NCBI GenBank assembly: GCA_046539305.1
Contig: JBKHHE010000002.1
Span: 35,928 to 99,927 of the forward strand
Reading direction: 5' to 3'
Length of the DNA stretch: 64,000 nt
From: Candidatus Aenigmatarchaeota archaeon
Lineage (GTDB): Archaea; Aenigmatarchaeota; Aenigmatarchaeia; PWEA01
Numbering within the stretch: position 1 is the first letter of the stretch; the number at the start of each line of letters is the position of its first letter. The position numbers and the translations under genes are program-made. This document shows positions 39,488-48,883 of the stretch, one piece after another. Under the pieces are notes generated by a model. It searched no databases. It was not told where the DNA came from and worked only from the letters and a program-made list of their open reading frames with translations.

Positions 39488-40639
39488 ATGGACTACGAGG
39501 AAAAGGTAAAGGAACTGGAAGGTGAACTCCCGAAGACTGTGAGGAGTAAACTCCTGGAAAAGATGGAAGAAGAGGAACTGAACAAGACAGAAGTCGAGGA
39601 GCTTATAGAAAGAACCAAAAAATCTTACAGGGAAATGAGATACGATCCCGGGGAACCGATAGGCGTAGTCGCCGCGCAGTCCATATCGGAGCCGGCCACC
39701 CAGATGACTATGCGTACCTACCATGTTGCAGGAGCTGCAGGAGGCGTAGAAATCACCCAGGGCCTGCCGCGCCTAATCGAAGTTGTGGACGCGAGGAAGA
39801 CCATAAAGACGCCATCGATGGATATATATCTGGAGGAAGACTATCAGACGGAGGAAGGAGCCAGGGAAGTTGCAGGGAGAGTCAGAGAAACGAAACTCAA
39901 GGACCTCATCAGTGAAGACAGAATAGACCTTCTCAACCTTGTAATTGAGGTGGAGGTGAATAAAGGATCTTTGGAAGATATTGGCATGGAAACGGAGGAA
40001 ATCGTCAATAAGCTTAACAAGGGAAGAGGCAAATACGAGGTGGAGGCCGAAGACAATCTTCTAAAAGTGGTACCGAAGGACGATGATATATCTGTAAGAG
40101 ATCTCCAGAAGATGAAAAACAAAATCCTGGACAAGCACCTGAAGGGTATAAAGAAAATCCCTCAGGCGGTAGTCAGTGAAGAGGAAGGTGAATGGAAAAT
40201 ACAGACGCTTGGAACCAACCTGAAAAAGGTCTTAAAGGTCGAAGGTGTAGATCCAACTAGAACAGTTTCCGCAGATCCCAGGGAAATGGAAAAGGTGTTT
40301 GGAATAGAGGCCTCCAGAAAAACTATACTTAAGGAGGCTCACAAAACTATTCAGGAACAGGGTCTGGATGTGGACATAAGACATATAATGCTGGTGGCGG
40401 ACACCATGACCGTGGACGGAGAGATAAAAGCGATAGGAAGGTACGGTGTGGCTGGAGAGAAGGGCTCCGTTCTGGCCAGGGCTAGCTTCGAAGTGACTGT
40501 GAGACACTTGACCGAGGCCTCTATCAAAGGCGAGGTGGACGAACTCAATTCTACCGTGGAAAACGTGATAATAAATCAGACAGTACCCGTAGGCACCGGA
40601 ATGTACGACGTGGTCTACGAGCCGCCAACAGGGGAATAA
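39488..40639 (+). CDS. rpoA2: RNA polymerase subunit A'' (Rpo1C)
   Basis: AAQSISEPATQMTM, GLPRLIE, LARASFE. Confidence 0.96.
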   Translation: MDYEEKVKELEGELPKTVRSKLLEKMEEEELNKTEVEELIERTKKSYREMRYDPGEPIGVVAAQSISEPATQMTMRTYHVAGAAGGVEITQGLPRLIEVVDARKTIKTPSMDIYLEEDYQTEEGAREVAGRVRETKLKDLISEDRIDLLNLVIEVEVNKGSLEDIGMETEEIVNKLNKGRGKYEVEAEDNLLKVVPKDDDISVRDLQKMKNKILDKHLKGIKKIPQAVVSEEEGEWKIQTLGTNLKKVLKVEGVDPTRTVSADPREMEKVFGIEASRKTILKEAHKTIQEQGLDVDIRHIMLVADTMTVDGEIKAIGRYGVAGEKGSVLARASFEVTVRHLTEASIKGEVDELNSTVENVIINQTVPVGTGMYDVVYEPPTGE

Positions 40640-40640
40640 G

Positions 40641-41045
40641 ATGAAGAAAAAGTTCGACAAGGAGGCGATCCAAGCAATAAATCTCTTTGAAGAAGAAACC
40701 GGTGTGGAGGTCAAGGACTTTATCCAGGACGAGGAATCGGCCTACTTCCTTGTAGAGAAGGGAAAGGCAGGGCTCGCAATAGGCAAGAACGGCAAGAATA
40801 TAAAGAAAATCGGTAAGATGCTTGGGAAACGCATAAAGGTATTTGAATACGAGGGCGATGAAAAGAAACTAATAGAAAATATGGTAATGGAATCAAACTC
40901 GGTCAAAATAGATGGTCAAACAGCCCTCGTAGACGTGGACAGCGGCGATCGGGGAAAGGTCATAGGCAGCAACGGAAGCAACATCGAAAAGGTTCGAACC
41001 CTTCTCAGAAGGAACAGTAATCTTGAAGAACTCAGGTTGAAGTAA
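40641..41045 (+). CDS. nusA: NusA-like KH-domain transcription factor
   Basis: AIGKNGKNI and VIGSNGSNI KH motifs; position after rpoA''. Confidence 0.9.
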   Translation: MKKKFDKEAIQAINLFEEETGVEVKDFIQDEESAYFLVEKGKAGLAIGKNGKNIKKIGKMLGKRIKVFEYEGDEKKLIENMVMESNSVKIDGQTALVDVDSGDRGKVIGSNGSNIEKVRTLLRRNSNLEELRLK

Positions 41046-41086
41046 TGGAAAGTTTTATATTTTTCTATAGACCAAAACCCTTCCGT

Positions 41087-41208
41087 GGGCCTGTAGCTCA
41101 GTCTGGGAGAGCGCTAGGCTCTTAACTTTTAAGAGCGCGTAATGGGACCGGTCGGTCCTTATGACGAAAGAAACCTAGAAGTCGCGGGTTCAAATCCCGT
41201 CGGGCCCA
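41087..41208 (+). tRNA. tRNA-Lys(CTT) with intron 41125-41172
   Basis: CTAGG-CTCTTA-CCTAG arm, GGTTCAAATCC. Confidence 0.92.
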
Positions 41209-41355
41209 TTTAAGACTTTGTGTTTGTAAACATTCATATGGTAAAATCGACGAAAGATTTGGATGAAACCTTTGGGAAGAAGAATCTTCCCAATACTTGG
41301 AACTCGGTTCCAATATTTTCTAAAGGTTTCTTCCTGGATCCCGTCGGGCCCATAA
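41180..41355 (+). repeat. 176-bp exact direct repeat, copy 2
   Basis: Identical to 33163-33338. Confidence 0.95.
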
Positions 41356-41364
41356 ATTTAGTTT

Positions 41365-41619
41365 TTAAAGAAGTGAAACGTTTTCCACGGTAACGGAGGT
41401 AACTCCCTTCATATCGGATATATAGTTTTCTATATCGTCCGTACCACCCTCATCCTCGTCCCGAACTATGAGAAGTTTGAGTGCAGTCAGCCCAAAGCCT
41501 ATCTCCTCGGTGTCGGAGTCCTCAACGGGGAACTCCCCTGCTATCTTCTCTGTGAGGTTTTCCAGATCCACGTCCGTTCCGTCCGGGGTTACTTTAAGTG
41601 ATATTGCTACGTCGCCCAT
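41365..41619 (-). CDS. ef1b: Elongation factor aEF-1 beta
   Basis: KVTPD...EEIGFGLTAL...GGTD. Confidence 0.92.
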   Translation of the reverse strand: MGDVAISLKVTPDGTDVDLENLTEKIAGEFPVEDSDTEEIGFGLTALKLLIVRDEDEGGTDDIENYISDMKGVTSVTVENVSLL

Positions 41620-41623
41620 CCTA

Positions 41624-41809
41624 TCAGTCCTTTCTTTTCCCCGTCACTTTCTTGTTTTTCCAGCTCTCGTTCTTTATCTTCTTTGTCTTTCCGAAACCGC
41701 AGGCAGTGCAATACCCCTTGGATCGGTTGAAAGACTTTTTGCCGCATCTTCTACAGATTCCATGGGTCTGCTTCTTCTTTTTTCCTGCGGATGGTGTACC
41801 CTTTGTCAT
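41624..41809 (-). CDS. rpl37e: 50S ribosomal protein eL37
   Basis: MTKGTPS, CRRCG, CTACGFG. Confidence 0.95.
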   Translation of the reverse strand: MTKGTPSAGKKKKQTHGICRRCGKKSFNRSKGYCTACGFGKTKKIKNESWKNKKVTGKRKD

Positions 41810-41836
41810 TCCAAAACACCTCACGAAGCAACGGTC

Positions 41837-42067
41837 CTAGGCTGGAGAGGCAAAGATGACGTTGTCTCCTCGGACTACGATGGTTCCAAGCTTGGTCTTG
41901 CTCCCATCTTCTTCGACTCTTTCTGCGTTCTCCAGCCAGAGATTGAGATGCAGGTCAAAAGCCACGAGCTTCCCTGCGACCTTTTCACCGTTCTTGAGGT
42001 TCGCTATTATTCTCTCATCTCTGGCGTTTTCCAGCGCATCTAGCGGCCTTTTACCATTTTCCCCCAT
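41837..42067 (-). CDS. Sm-like archaeal protein (SmAP/Lsm)
   Basis: RPLD, FDLHLNL, VRGDNV; adjacent to rpl37e. Confidence 0.93.
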   Translation of the reverse strand: MGENGKRPLDALENARDERIIANLKNGEKVAGKLVAFDLHLNLWLENAERVEEDGSKTKLGTIVVRGDNVIFASPA

Positions 42068-42195
42068 GCTACCACGTTGTTTTTTATTGAAATACTATTT
42101 AAAGGTATGGGTCAAAACTTGAAAGGGAACCTTTTCAAACCTAAAGTCTTTCAACTTTTAAGATATTTAAATGATGAGGCTAAATCTGTGAGGAT

Positions 42196-42576
42196 ATGTG
42201 GCAAGGAAAATCCAGAAGAAACATCTCCGGTGGAAGGAGAAAGACGAAAAGGAAGAGAAGGAAATACGAGCTTGGAAGAGAAACATTGTTCTGCAAAGTT
42301 TCGGACTCGGACACCCAGAAAAAGATAGATGTAAGAGGGAAGACGGATAAGATTAGAGCCAAAAAGGCTTCAAAGGTCAATGTCACTGATCCAGAGACGG
42401 GAAAGACTTCAACCGAGAAAATAGAGGACGTTCTGAAGACCCCCGCCAATCCCCATTTTGTAAGGAGAAATGTTGTAACGAAGGGTACAGTAGTAAAAAC
42501 GAGCGGGGGAAAAGCAAAAATCACATCAAGGCCAGGTCAGGACGGCCAAATAAACGCTATAAAGGTAGAGGACTAA
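42196..42576 (+). CDS. rps8e: 30S ribosomal protein eS8
   Basis: RKYELGR, RRNVVTKG, SRPGQDG. Confidence 0.95.
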   Translation: MWQGKSRRNISGGRRKTKRKRRKYELGRETLFCKVSDSDTQKKIDVRGKTDKIRAKKASKVNVTDPETGKTSTEKIEDVLKTPANPHFVRRNVVTKGTVVKTSGGKAKITSRPGQDGQINAIKVED

Positions 42577-43172
42577 CTTCTCTCGAACCTATAGAGCGTA
42601 ACCTTGATAGTTCTGAGGTCCTCATCGTGCCAAGGCATGGTCCTGCTCAGAGGGAATTTCAACCTTTCCTTGAAGGCAATCCTCCCGCCCAGATCTTTCA
42701 CGTATTCTTTGACAAACTCCTCCGTCTCGCTCATGTGGAATGAATAGACGGTGGGAGCTATTTCCAGAGATTTTCGGATGAAGGGTCGGTCGTTTCCTTT
42801 TTTCTGGGAACCGAATGGGGGGTTCTGTACCACCAGATCGGCTTCGGCCCTGAATTCACCGATTTCGGAGGCTTCAAATTCGACGGTTACATCAAGCCTC
42901 TCGGCGTTTTTCCTCGCCGTTTCAATAGCGCCTTCATCCACGTCCACTCCAACCACCTCCGAGGCGCCCAGGAGCTTTGCCCCTATGGCCAGGGTCCCGG
43001 TCCCGCATCCCAGATCACATACCTTCTTTCCTTTGATTTCGCCGCTCATATAGGCCTTCCACAGGAGTGTCGAAGCTATCCTTGCAGGAGTCCGATACTG
43101 CTCTAAAACAGCCTTTGGCTCAGAAAACCCTTCCAGCTTCTGCAGCTTCATCTCAAGCTCCTTCCTGTCCAT
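42573..43172 (-). CDS. METTL5-family N6-adenine RNA methyltransferase
   Basis: LEQYRTP, DLGCGTG, NPPFG. Confidence 0.9.
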   Translation of the reverse strand: MDRKELEMKLQKLEGFSEPKAVLEQYRTPARIASTLLWKAYMSGEIKGKKVCDLGCGTGTLAIGAKLLGASEVVGVDVDEGAIETARKNAERLDVTVEFEASEIGEFRAEADLVVQNPPFGSQKKGNDRPFIRKSLEIAPTVYSFHMSETEEFVKEYVKDLGGRIAFKERLKFPLSRTMPWHDEDLRTIKVTLYRFERS

Positions 43173-43235
43173 ACCACCAACTATTAAATGCTTATTTTTA
43201 AATAATGGAAAACAGTTTTCGTTATAAGGTCTCGT

Positions 43236-43373
43236 ATGTCCGCGAGAATACTTGGGGGTATAGATATACTGGGGGGTTTCCTACTAGTTCTGTCCAGAGT
43301 CCAGTATCCGAGGTTTGGTATCATTTTCCTGGGCCTGATTCTGATTGGAAGGGGTATATTCTCCTTACTGTGA
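43236..43373 (+). CDS. Small two-TM membrane protein (45 aa)
   Basis: MSARILGGIDILGGFLLVL...FGIIFLGLILIGRGIFSLL; stops 4 nt before the mpg ATG. Confidence 0.55.
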   Translation: MSARILGGIDILGGFLLVLSRVQYPRFGIIFLGLILIGRGIFSLL

Positions 43374-43377
43374 TACA

Positions 43378-43935
43378 ATGCTCCCTAGAAAATTTTATTT
43401 GAGGGACTCCTCGGAGGTTGCAAAGGACCTCCTGGGCAAGGTTCTTACGAGGGATGGGATAAAGGGAAGGATAGTGGAGACCGAAGCATACTACGGAGAG
43501 GGGGATCCCGCATCACACGCCTGCAACGGAAGGACAGAAAGAAATGAACCGATGTTCGGAGAAGCAGGAAGGACCTATATTTATCTTTGCTACGGTATCT
43601 ACTACCTTCTAAACGTGACCACCGAGGAAGAGGGAAGCCCCGGAGCGGTCCTCATAAGGGCTCTGGAACCAAGGGAGGGTGTGGGAAAAATGAGAGAAAA
43701 TCGAGGCGTGGAAGAGAAAGAGGAGCTTACAAACGGTCCTGGAAAGCTGACCCAGGCGCTAAACATAACCAAAGAATACAACGACCAGGACGTTACCAAG
43801 AGTAGCTCTGATATAAGGATCTGTGAAGGAGAAGAAGTAGAAGAGATGGGGTCCAGCAAGAGGACTGGCGTAAGTGAACACCACAACAAAGAGCTTCGTT
43901 TCTTTGATAAAAACTCGGAATATATCAGCGGATAA
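43378..43935 (+). CDS. mpg: DNA-3-methyladenine glycosylase (Mpg/AAG family)
   Basis: IVETEAY, AVLIRALEP, NGPGKLTQAL. Confidence 0.92.
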   Translation: MLPRKFYLRDSSEVAKDLLGKVLTRDGIKGRIVETEAYYGEGDPASHACNGRTERNEPMFGEAGRTYIYLCYGIYYLLNVTTEEEGSPGAVLIRALEPREGVGKMRENRGVEEKEELTNGPGKLTQALNITKEYNDQDVTKSSSDIRICEGEEVEEMGSSKRTGVSEHHNKELRFFDKNSEYISG

Positions 43936-43965
43936 ATTTTTAAATCATAGCTGTTTATTTATAGT

Positions 43966-45576
43966 ATGCAGGGGACAAAGTGGGTTTTCATTTCTGGAGG
44001 CGTGCTTTCCGGCCTGGGTAAAGGGCTGGTATCCGCTTCCATCGGAAAGTTCCTTCAGACAAGGGGTCACAAAGTTGTTCCTATAAAATGCGACGGCTAC
44101 CTCAACGTTGACCCCGGAACGATGAACCCTATAGAACATGGTGAGGTTTTCGTGCTGGAAGATGGTGGTGAGGTGGATATGGACTTCGGACACTACGAAA
44201 GGTTCCTTGGTATAAATGGGAAATTTACCTGGAACCTGACCTCGGGTAAGATCTTTCAGTCTGTGATAAAGAAGGAACGTGCAGGAGAATACTTAGGTAA
44301 TACCGTCCAGATGATACCACATGTCACGGACGAGATAAAGGAGAGGTTGGAAAGGGTTGGGGAGAAGGAGAAAGCAGAGGTCGTACTGGTCGAGGTAGGG
44401 GGCACGGTCGGTGACATGGAGAACATGATCTTTCTGGAAGCGATAAGGCAGATGAGGAGTGAACTTCCGGGGGAACAGACCTGTCTCATACATGTGACAC
44501 TCGTACCGTGGCTTGAAACGGTCGGAGAACAGAAAACGAAGCCTACACAGCACTCGGTCAAAGAACTACAGAGGCTAGGACTTGAAGCGGATATAATAGT
44601 TGGAAGGGCGGAGAAGAGGTTAGAAGAAAAAGTCAAAGAGAAGATAGCTCTCTTTTGTGACGTGCCGAAAGACCATGTAATATCAAATCCCGATGTGGAG
44701 GATGTCTACAGAATACCCCTGAGCCTTATGGAGGATGGAGCGGACGAAGTAGTATCAGAGGAGCTTGGTCTGGAAAACAAGGAAAGTGATATGGAAGACT
44801 GGAAACAACTGGTGGAAAGGATGGAAGATCCTGAGGAAGAAATTAATGTGGTTATATGTGGCAAATACACCAAACTGGAAGATTCCTATATCTCCATAAT
44901 GGAAGCCCTCAAACACTGCTCCGCCCACCTGAGCTGTGGAGTGAACTACAGGTTCCTGGAGACGACTAAAATCGAGAAAGGTGAAAAAGACGTGGAGGAA
45001 GTATTAAAAAATACAGAAGGAGTGATAATACCTGGGGGGTTTGGAAAACGGGGCACAGAGGGAAAGATAAAGGTAGCGGAGTTCTGTCGGGAAAATAAAA
45101 TATCCATACTCGGTCTCTGTTATGGGCTTCAGCTTATGGTGGCGGAGTTCGCTAGAAACAAATGTGGGCTGGAAGGGGCCAATTCTACGGAGATCGACGA
45201 AGACACACCACATCCGATTATAGACCTTATCCCCGAACAGAAGAGTGTAGAGGCGAAAGGCGGGACCATGAGACTGGGAGGTCAAGTGACGAAAATAAAG
45301 GAAAACTCGATGGCACACGAAATATACGGACAAGAGGAGATAAAAGAAAGGTTCAGACACAGATACGAGATAAACCCCGAATATCACTCTCGCCTAGAAG
45401 AAAACGGATTGAAGCTTACCGGAGTGGCGAAGAAGGAAAAACATATAGTTCAGACAGTCGAGCTGGAAGACCATCCATTCTACTTTGGTACGCAGTTCCA
45501 TCCCGAATTCACTTCAAAGTTCGAAAGGCCGAACCCTGTTTTCATGGAGTTCGTCAAATCCTGCAGAGAGAGGTAA
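43966..45576 (+). CDS. pyrG: CTP synthase
   Basis: GGVLSGLGKG, GLCYG, RHRYE, QFHPEF. Confidence 0.97.
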   Translation: MQGTKWVFISGGVLSGLGKGLVSASIGKFLQTRGHKVVPIKCDGYLNVDPGTMNPIEHGEVFVLEDGGEVDMDFGHYERFLGINGKFTWNLTSGKIFQSVIKKERAGEYLGNTVQMIPHVTDEIKERLERVGEKEKAEVVLVEVGGTVGDMENMIFLEAIRQMRSELPGEQTCLIHVTLVPWLETVGEQKTKPTQHSVKELQRLGLEADIIVGRAEKRLEEKVKEKIALFCDVPKDHVISNPDVEDVYRIPLSLMEDGADEVVSEELGLENKESDMEDWKQLVERMEDPEEEINVVICGKYTKLEDSYISIMEALKHCSAHLSCGVNYRFLETTKIEKGEKDVEEVLKNTEGVIIPGGFGKRGTEGKIKVAEFCRENKISILGLCYGLQLMVAEFARNKCGLEGANSTEIDEDTPHPIIDLIPEQKSVEAKGGTMRLGGQVTKIKENSMAHEIYGQEEIKERFRHRYEINPEYHSRLEENGLKLTGVAKKEKHIVQTVELEDHPFYFGTQFHPEFTSKFERPNPVFMEFVKSCRER

Positions 45577-45581
45577 TCCTC

Positions 45582-46715
45582 ATGGAAGCGGACTGGATAT
45601 TGATACGTTACGGTGAAATAGGCCTGAAAAGCGATCACGTTAGAAGAAGCTTTGAGGACAGACTTATCCATAACATTCACGAGGGCCTGAAATCCAAGGA
45701 AATCAAGGAAAACATAAAAAGGGGGTATGGAAGAATATTTGTAAACACCAAAGAAGTCGAACGGGCCTCTGAGGTCCTGAAAAGGACCTTTGGAATAGTT
45801 AGCTTCTCCCCCTGCGAAAAAATGGATGCAAGCTTTGAAAAAATAACGGAGAGGCTGGCTGAAGTCGGGGAGGAAAATATAGAAAGTGGGGAAAGCTTCG
45901 CTGTCAGGGTAAGGAGGACGGGCAGCCATGACTTTAGCTCCAAAGACGTAGAAGAAGTTGCTGGAGCTAAAATACTAAAAAGGGTAGAAGCAGAGGTAGA
46001 CCTCGACGAACCCGATAAAAAGATCATGGCGGAGGTCAGACAAGGGCAGTGTTATATCTTCACAGATAAGATAGAAGGGCCTGGGGGGCTACCGCTCGGC
46101 ACACAGGGAAAGGTGGTTTCCCTTCTAAAGGGAGGGTATAAATCGTTTCTGGCAACCTGGCTTATGATGAAGAGGGGGTGTTCAGTCGTGGCTTTACATG
46201 GGAACCTCGGGCCTTATGCCCAAGGAGGGGGAAGTGGAGAAGTTGTGAAGGAGCTCAGAAAATGGAGCCATGGGTCGCCTGTGGAAGCGCTAGAATTTGA
46301 CCATAGCGATAATATTTTCACATTTTCCGAGGAGGGAAAAAGGGGGATGACCTGCGTGCTTTGTAAAAGGTTTCTGTACAGGCTCGCGTCCAAAGTTGCA
46401 GATAAAAGGAACGCCAAGGCCGTAATATCCGGTGAGTCTATTGGAAACAACCTAAAGAGAATGAGTGCAACTGATTCAGTCAGTGACCTCCCCATTATAA
46501 GACCTCTTGTAGGTCTTGGAAGAGAAAAAATAAAGAAAAAATGCAGGGAAATTACGGGAAGACAGTTTACCAAACCGGGCTGCGAGGCCGAGGACAGTGG
46601 TATTTCGGAGTTCACGGAGGAAGAGCTGAAAGAAGTTGAGAGTGAAACTGACGTTGAAAATATGATAGAAGAAAAGTCGGATGAGGTGCTTGAGGTTGAA
46701 GATACCCAATCCTGA
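45582..46715 (+). CDS. thiI: ThiI-like THUMP/PP-loop protein with degenerate PP-loop
   Basis: IRYGEIGLKS, GPGGLPLGTQG, CVLCKR; SGGxDS replaced by KGGYKS. Confidence 0.75.
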   Translation: MEADWILIRYGEIGLKSDHVRRSFEDRLIHNIHEGLKSKEIKENIKRGYGRIFVNTKEVERASEVLKRTFGIVSFSPCEKMDASFEKITERLAEVGEENIESGESFAVRVRRTGSHDFSSKDVEEVAGAKILKRVEAEVDLDEPDKKIMAEVRQGQCYIFTDKIEGPGGLPLGTQGKVVSLLKGGYKSFLATWLMMKRGCSVVALHGNLGPYAQGGGSGEVVKELRKWSHGSPVEALEFDHSDNIFTFSEEGKRGMTCVLCKRFLYRLASKVADKRNAKAVISGESIGNNLKRMSATDSVSDLPIIRPLVGLGREKIKKKCREITGRQFTKPGCEAEDSGISEFTEEELKEVESETDVENMIEEKSDEVLEVEDTQS

Positions 46716-47082
46716 GCTGGTGAAGAGGATAATAAGACAGAAACTGAAGGAGAGAGGCGTTGTAAGAAGTCAGGAAGAACTTGGTAAATTAGTGGATGAG
46801 GAGCTTCAGAGGATAGACGATTCTTTCCAGATATCCCCTGAAAGGACAAGAAGGATAGCGCTGGAACTTTCAAACGTGGAGGTAACGGTAAAAACGAGAA
46901 AGTCTCGAGAAAAGAGGCCAGAGGAATGTCCTGCCTGTGGTGGAGAGTTAAGGGGCCTCTACGCAAAAAATCTGGAAGGGGAAAGGACTGAGGTCGGTTT
47001 TAGATGTGAAAACTGTGGTTATCACGGCGATGTAGAGGCATTTATACCCATGAGATACGAGTTCAGGTTGACCAAGGATTAA
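46696..47082 (+). CDS. Conserved archaeal Zn-ribbon protein
   Basis: CPACG...CENCGY. Confidence 0.7.
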   Translation: MKIPNPELVKRIIRQKLKERGVVRSQEELGKLVDEELQRIDDSFQISPERTRRIALELSNVEVTVKTRKSREKRPEECPACGGELRGLYAKNLEGERTEVGFRCENCGYHGDVEAFIPMRYEFRLTKD

Positions 47083-47116
47083 ACTCTTATAGTTTGAGGC
47101 CTTTCATATAAACTGC

Positions 47117-47330
47117 GCCGGCGTGGCCGAGTCAGGCTCAAGGCGGTGGATTCGAGTCCGGATATGTTGAGCAAACGCGATGAAAGAGAAACATCCACTG
47201 GGCGTTAAGGACAGAGCGCGTAGGTCTCACCTACGCCGGTCGACTAGGCCCGCGCAGGTTCAAAGGAACCTTTTTCGAAAAAAGGTTCATCAAAAAGGAG
47301 AAGGTTCGGGAAATCCTGCCGCCGGCGCCA
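47117..47330 (+). tRNA. tRNA-Ser(CGA) with three introns (47157-47192 at 37/38; 47210-47246 variable arm; 47265-47313 at 59/60)
   Basis: GCCGGCG/CGCCGGC stem, GTGGA-TTCGAG-TCCAC arm, G73-CCA. Confidence 0.9.
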
Positions 47331-47365
47331 TTTCTTTTTTTAATCATGAGATACACAGTCTCGAC

Positions 47366-48031
47366 ATGGTAGAAGAGTTCAAAGGTATAGTTTTCGACAT
47401 GGACGGCGTGCTGGTAAACTCAATGCAGTACCACGCGGTTTCATTTGAGAAAACTCTGAAAAAAATAGGCGTGGATGTGGACAGGAAAGACGTTTACATG
47501 CTGGAAGGAGAAGGGTCGGAGCTCGTCATAAGAGATATTCTCGGGAAGAAGGGAGTTGAGACTGGGGATGAAATTGTAAGGGATCTAGTCGAGAAGAAGA
47601 GGGAGATGTTCGACGAGATAGAGAACACAGAACCCTTTCCAGGAATAAGGAACTTCCTGGAAAGGCTCAAGAACAAGTTCAAGCTTGGACTGGTGACAGG
47701 AACCAACCGAGACACTGCACAAGGTTACATAGAAGAATATTTCGGGGGTGTTTTTGACGAGATAATAACCGAGGACGATACGGAGAACAAAAAACCCGAG
47801 CCTGAGCCCTACAGTAAATGTTTCGAAAGGCTGGGACTTTCGTCCGAAGAAGTTCTGGTCGTGGAAAACGCGCCCCTGGGCGTGAAGGCCGCGAAGAGGG
47901 CCGGTGCAACCTGCTGGGCAATAGCGACCTACGTGGACAGCGAGGCTCTGAAAGGAGCCGATGCTGACAGTGTGTTTGAAAACCACGAGGAGTTCATAGA
48001 GCATGCCGGGGAAGCGTTGTTACCAGGATAG
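47366..48031 (+). CDS. HAD-family phosphatase (beta-PGM-like)
   Basis: FDMDGVLVNS, KPEPEPY, VENAPLG. Confidence 0.87.
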   Translation: MVEEFKGIVFDMDGVLVNSMQYHAVSFEKTLKKIGVDVDRKDVYMLEGEGSELVIRDILGKKGVETGDEIVRDLVEKKREMFDEIENTEPFPGIRNFLERLKNKFKLGLVTGTNRDTAQGYIEEYFGGVFDEIITEDDTENKKPEPEPYSKCFERLGLSSEEVLVVENAPLGVKAAKRAGATCWAIATYVDSEALKGADADSVFENHEEFIEHAGEALLPG

Positions 48032-48077
48032 CGTTCGGGAAAGCTTTATATTGATTAACGGACAACTGAAATACCGT

Positions 48078-48152
48078 GCGGTCGTGGTCTAGTGGCTAGG
48101 ACACGACCCTGCCACGGTCGTAGCCCGGGTTCAAATCCCGGCGACCGCACCA
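48078..48152 (+). tRNA. tRNA-Gly(GCC), intronless
   Basis: Perfect cloverleaf with encoded CCA. Confidence 0.96.
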
Positions 48153-48182
48153 GTTTTATTTCTTGAAATATAGATATAAGGT

Positions 48183-48848
48183 ATGTCCTGGAGAGATGTG
48201 ATTCAGGAGAAAAGCGACGAGGTGCCCTTCCTTGTTTTCGTATCCTTTCTCATCTCGTTTTTGGCCGCGCGAATATATGTGTACTTCCTGGGAAATGTAG
48301 GGACCGCTGCAGACATCTTTCCCTTTGAGAAATACATCCTACATCACTTATACTACGGCGTGGGTCTCCTTATAATCGCAGGATGGATATCAATAATATA
48401 CAAAGATAAAAACCTTAACAGAATCTCCGCGGTTATCTACGGTGCTGGCCTGGGAATATTCTTCGACGAAGTGGGCCTTCTTCTGACTGAATTCGCGGAC
48501 TATTGGGCAGGTATAACCTACACTGTAGTAGTTGTTATATCTCTTTTGCTTCTGAATATAGTATTCTTCTCGGATTTCTGGGAGGAAGTAAGGTCTGGGG
48601 TAACGGCATTTGCAGAAAGACACAGGCTTGACCGCGGTCCCTGGAACCTGATGGGTATGGTCGATATACTTGAGGAGGTTGAAGATAAAATGTCTCAAAC
48701 CAGGAAAATAACCACTGTCTTCGTCGGGATAATCCTGATAGTGACGGGGATACTGGTAATAAGGTACCCCTCTCTGATAAAATACTGGGTGGGCGGGGCC
48801 TTCGTCCTGAGTGGCATAGCCCATCTAATAGAAGTTGCCAAGAAATAA
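48183..48848 (+). CDS. Multi-pass membrane protein
   Basis: About 6 TM helices; HHLYYG and G-FDE motifs. Confidence 0.7.
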   Translation: MSWRDVIQEKSDEVPFLVFVSFLISFLAARIYVYFLGNVGTAADIFPFEKYILHHLYYGVGLLIIAGWISIIYKDKNLNRISAVIYGAGLGIFFDEVGLLLTEFADYWAGITYTVVVVISLLLLNIVFFSDFWEEVRSGVTAFAERHRLDRGPWNLMGMVDILEEVEDKMSQTRKITTVFVGIILIVTGILVIRYPSLIKYWVGGAFVLSGIAHLIEVAKK

Positions 48849-48883
48849 CAAGAAATTTAAAGCTCGACGACGCAGGTAGAACC

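Noticed and set aside
33339..41179. Provirus or island between the tRNA-Lys repeats
   Set aside because: The content is the essential RNAP operon, with no integrase or viral genes.
45162..45581. Long ThiI N-terminal extension
   Set aside because: Overlaps pyrG out of frame; homology starts at ATG 45582.
47180..47365. N-terminal extension of the HAD ORF
   Set aside because: Lies within tRNA-Ser(CGA); HAD motif I begins after ATG 47366.
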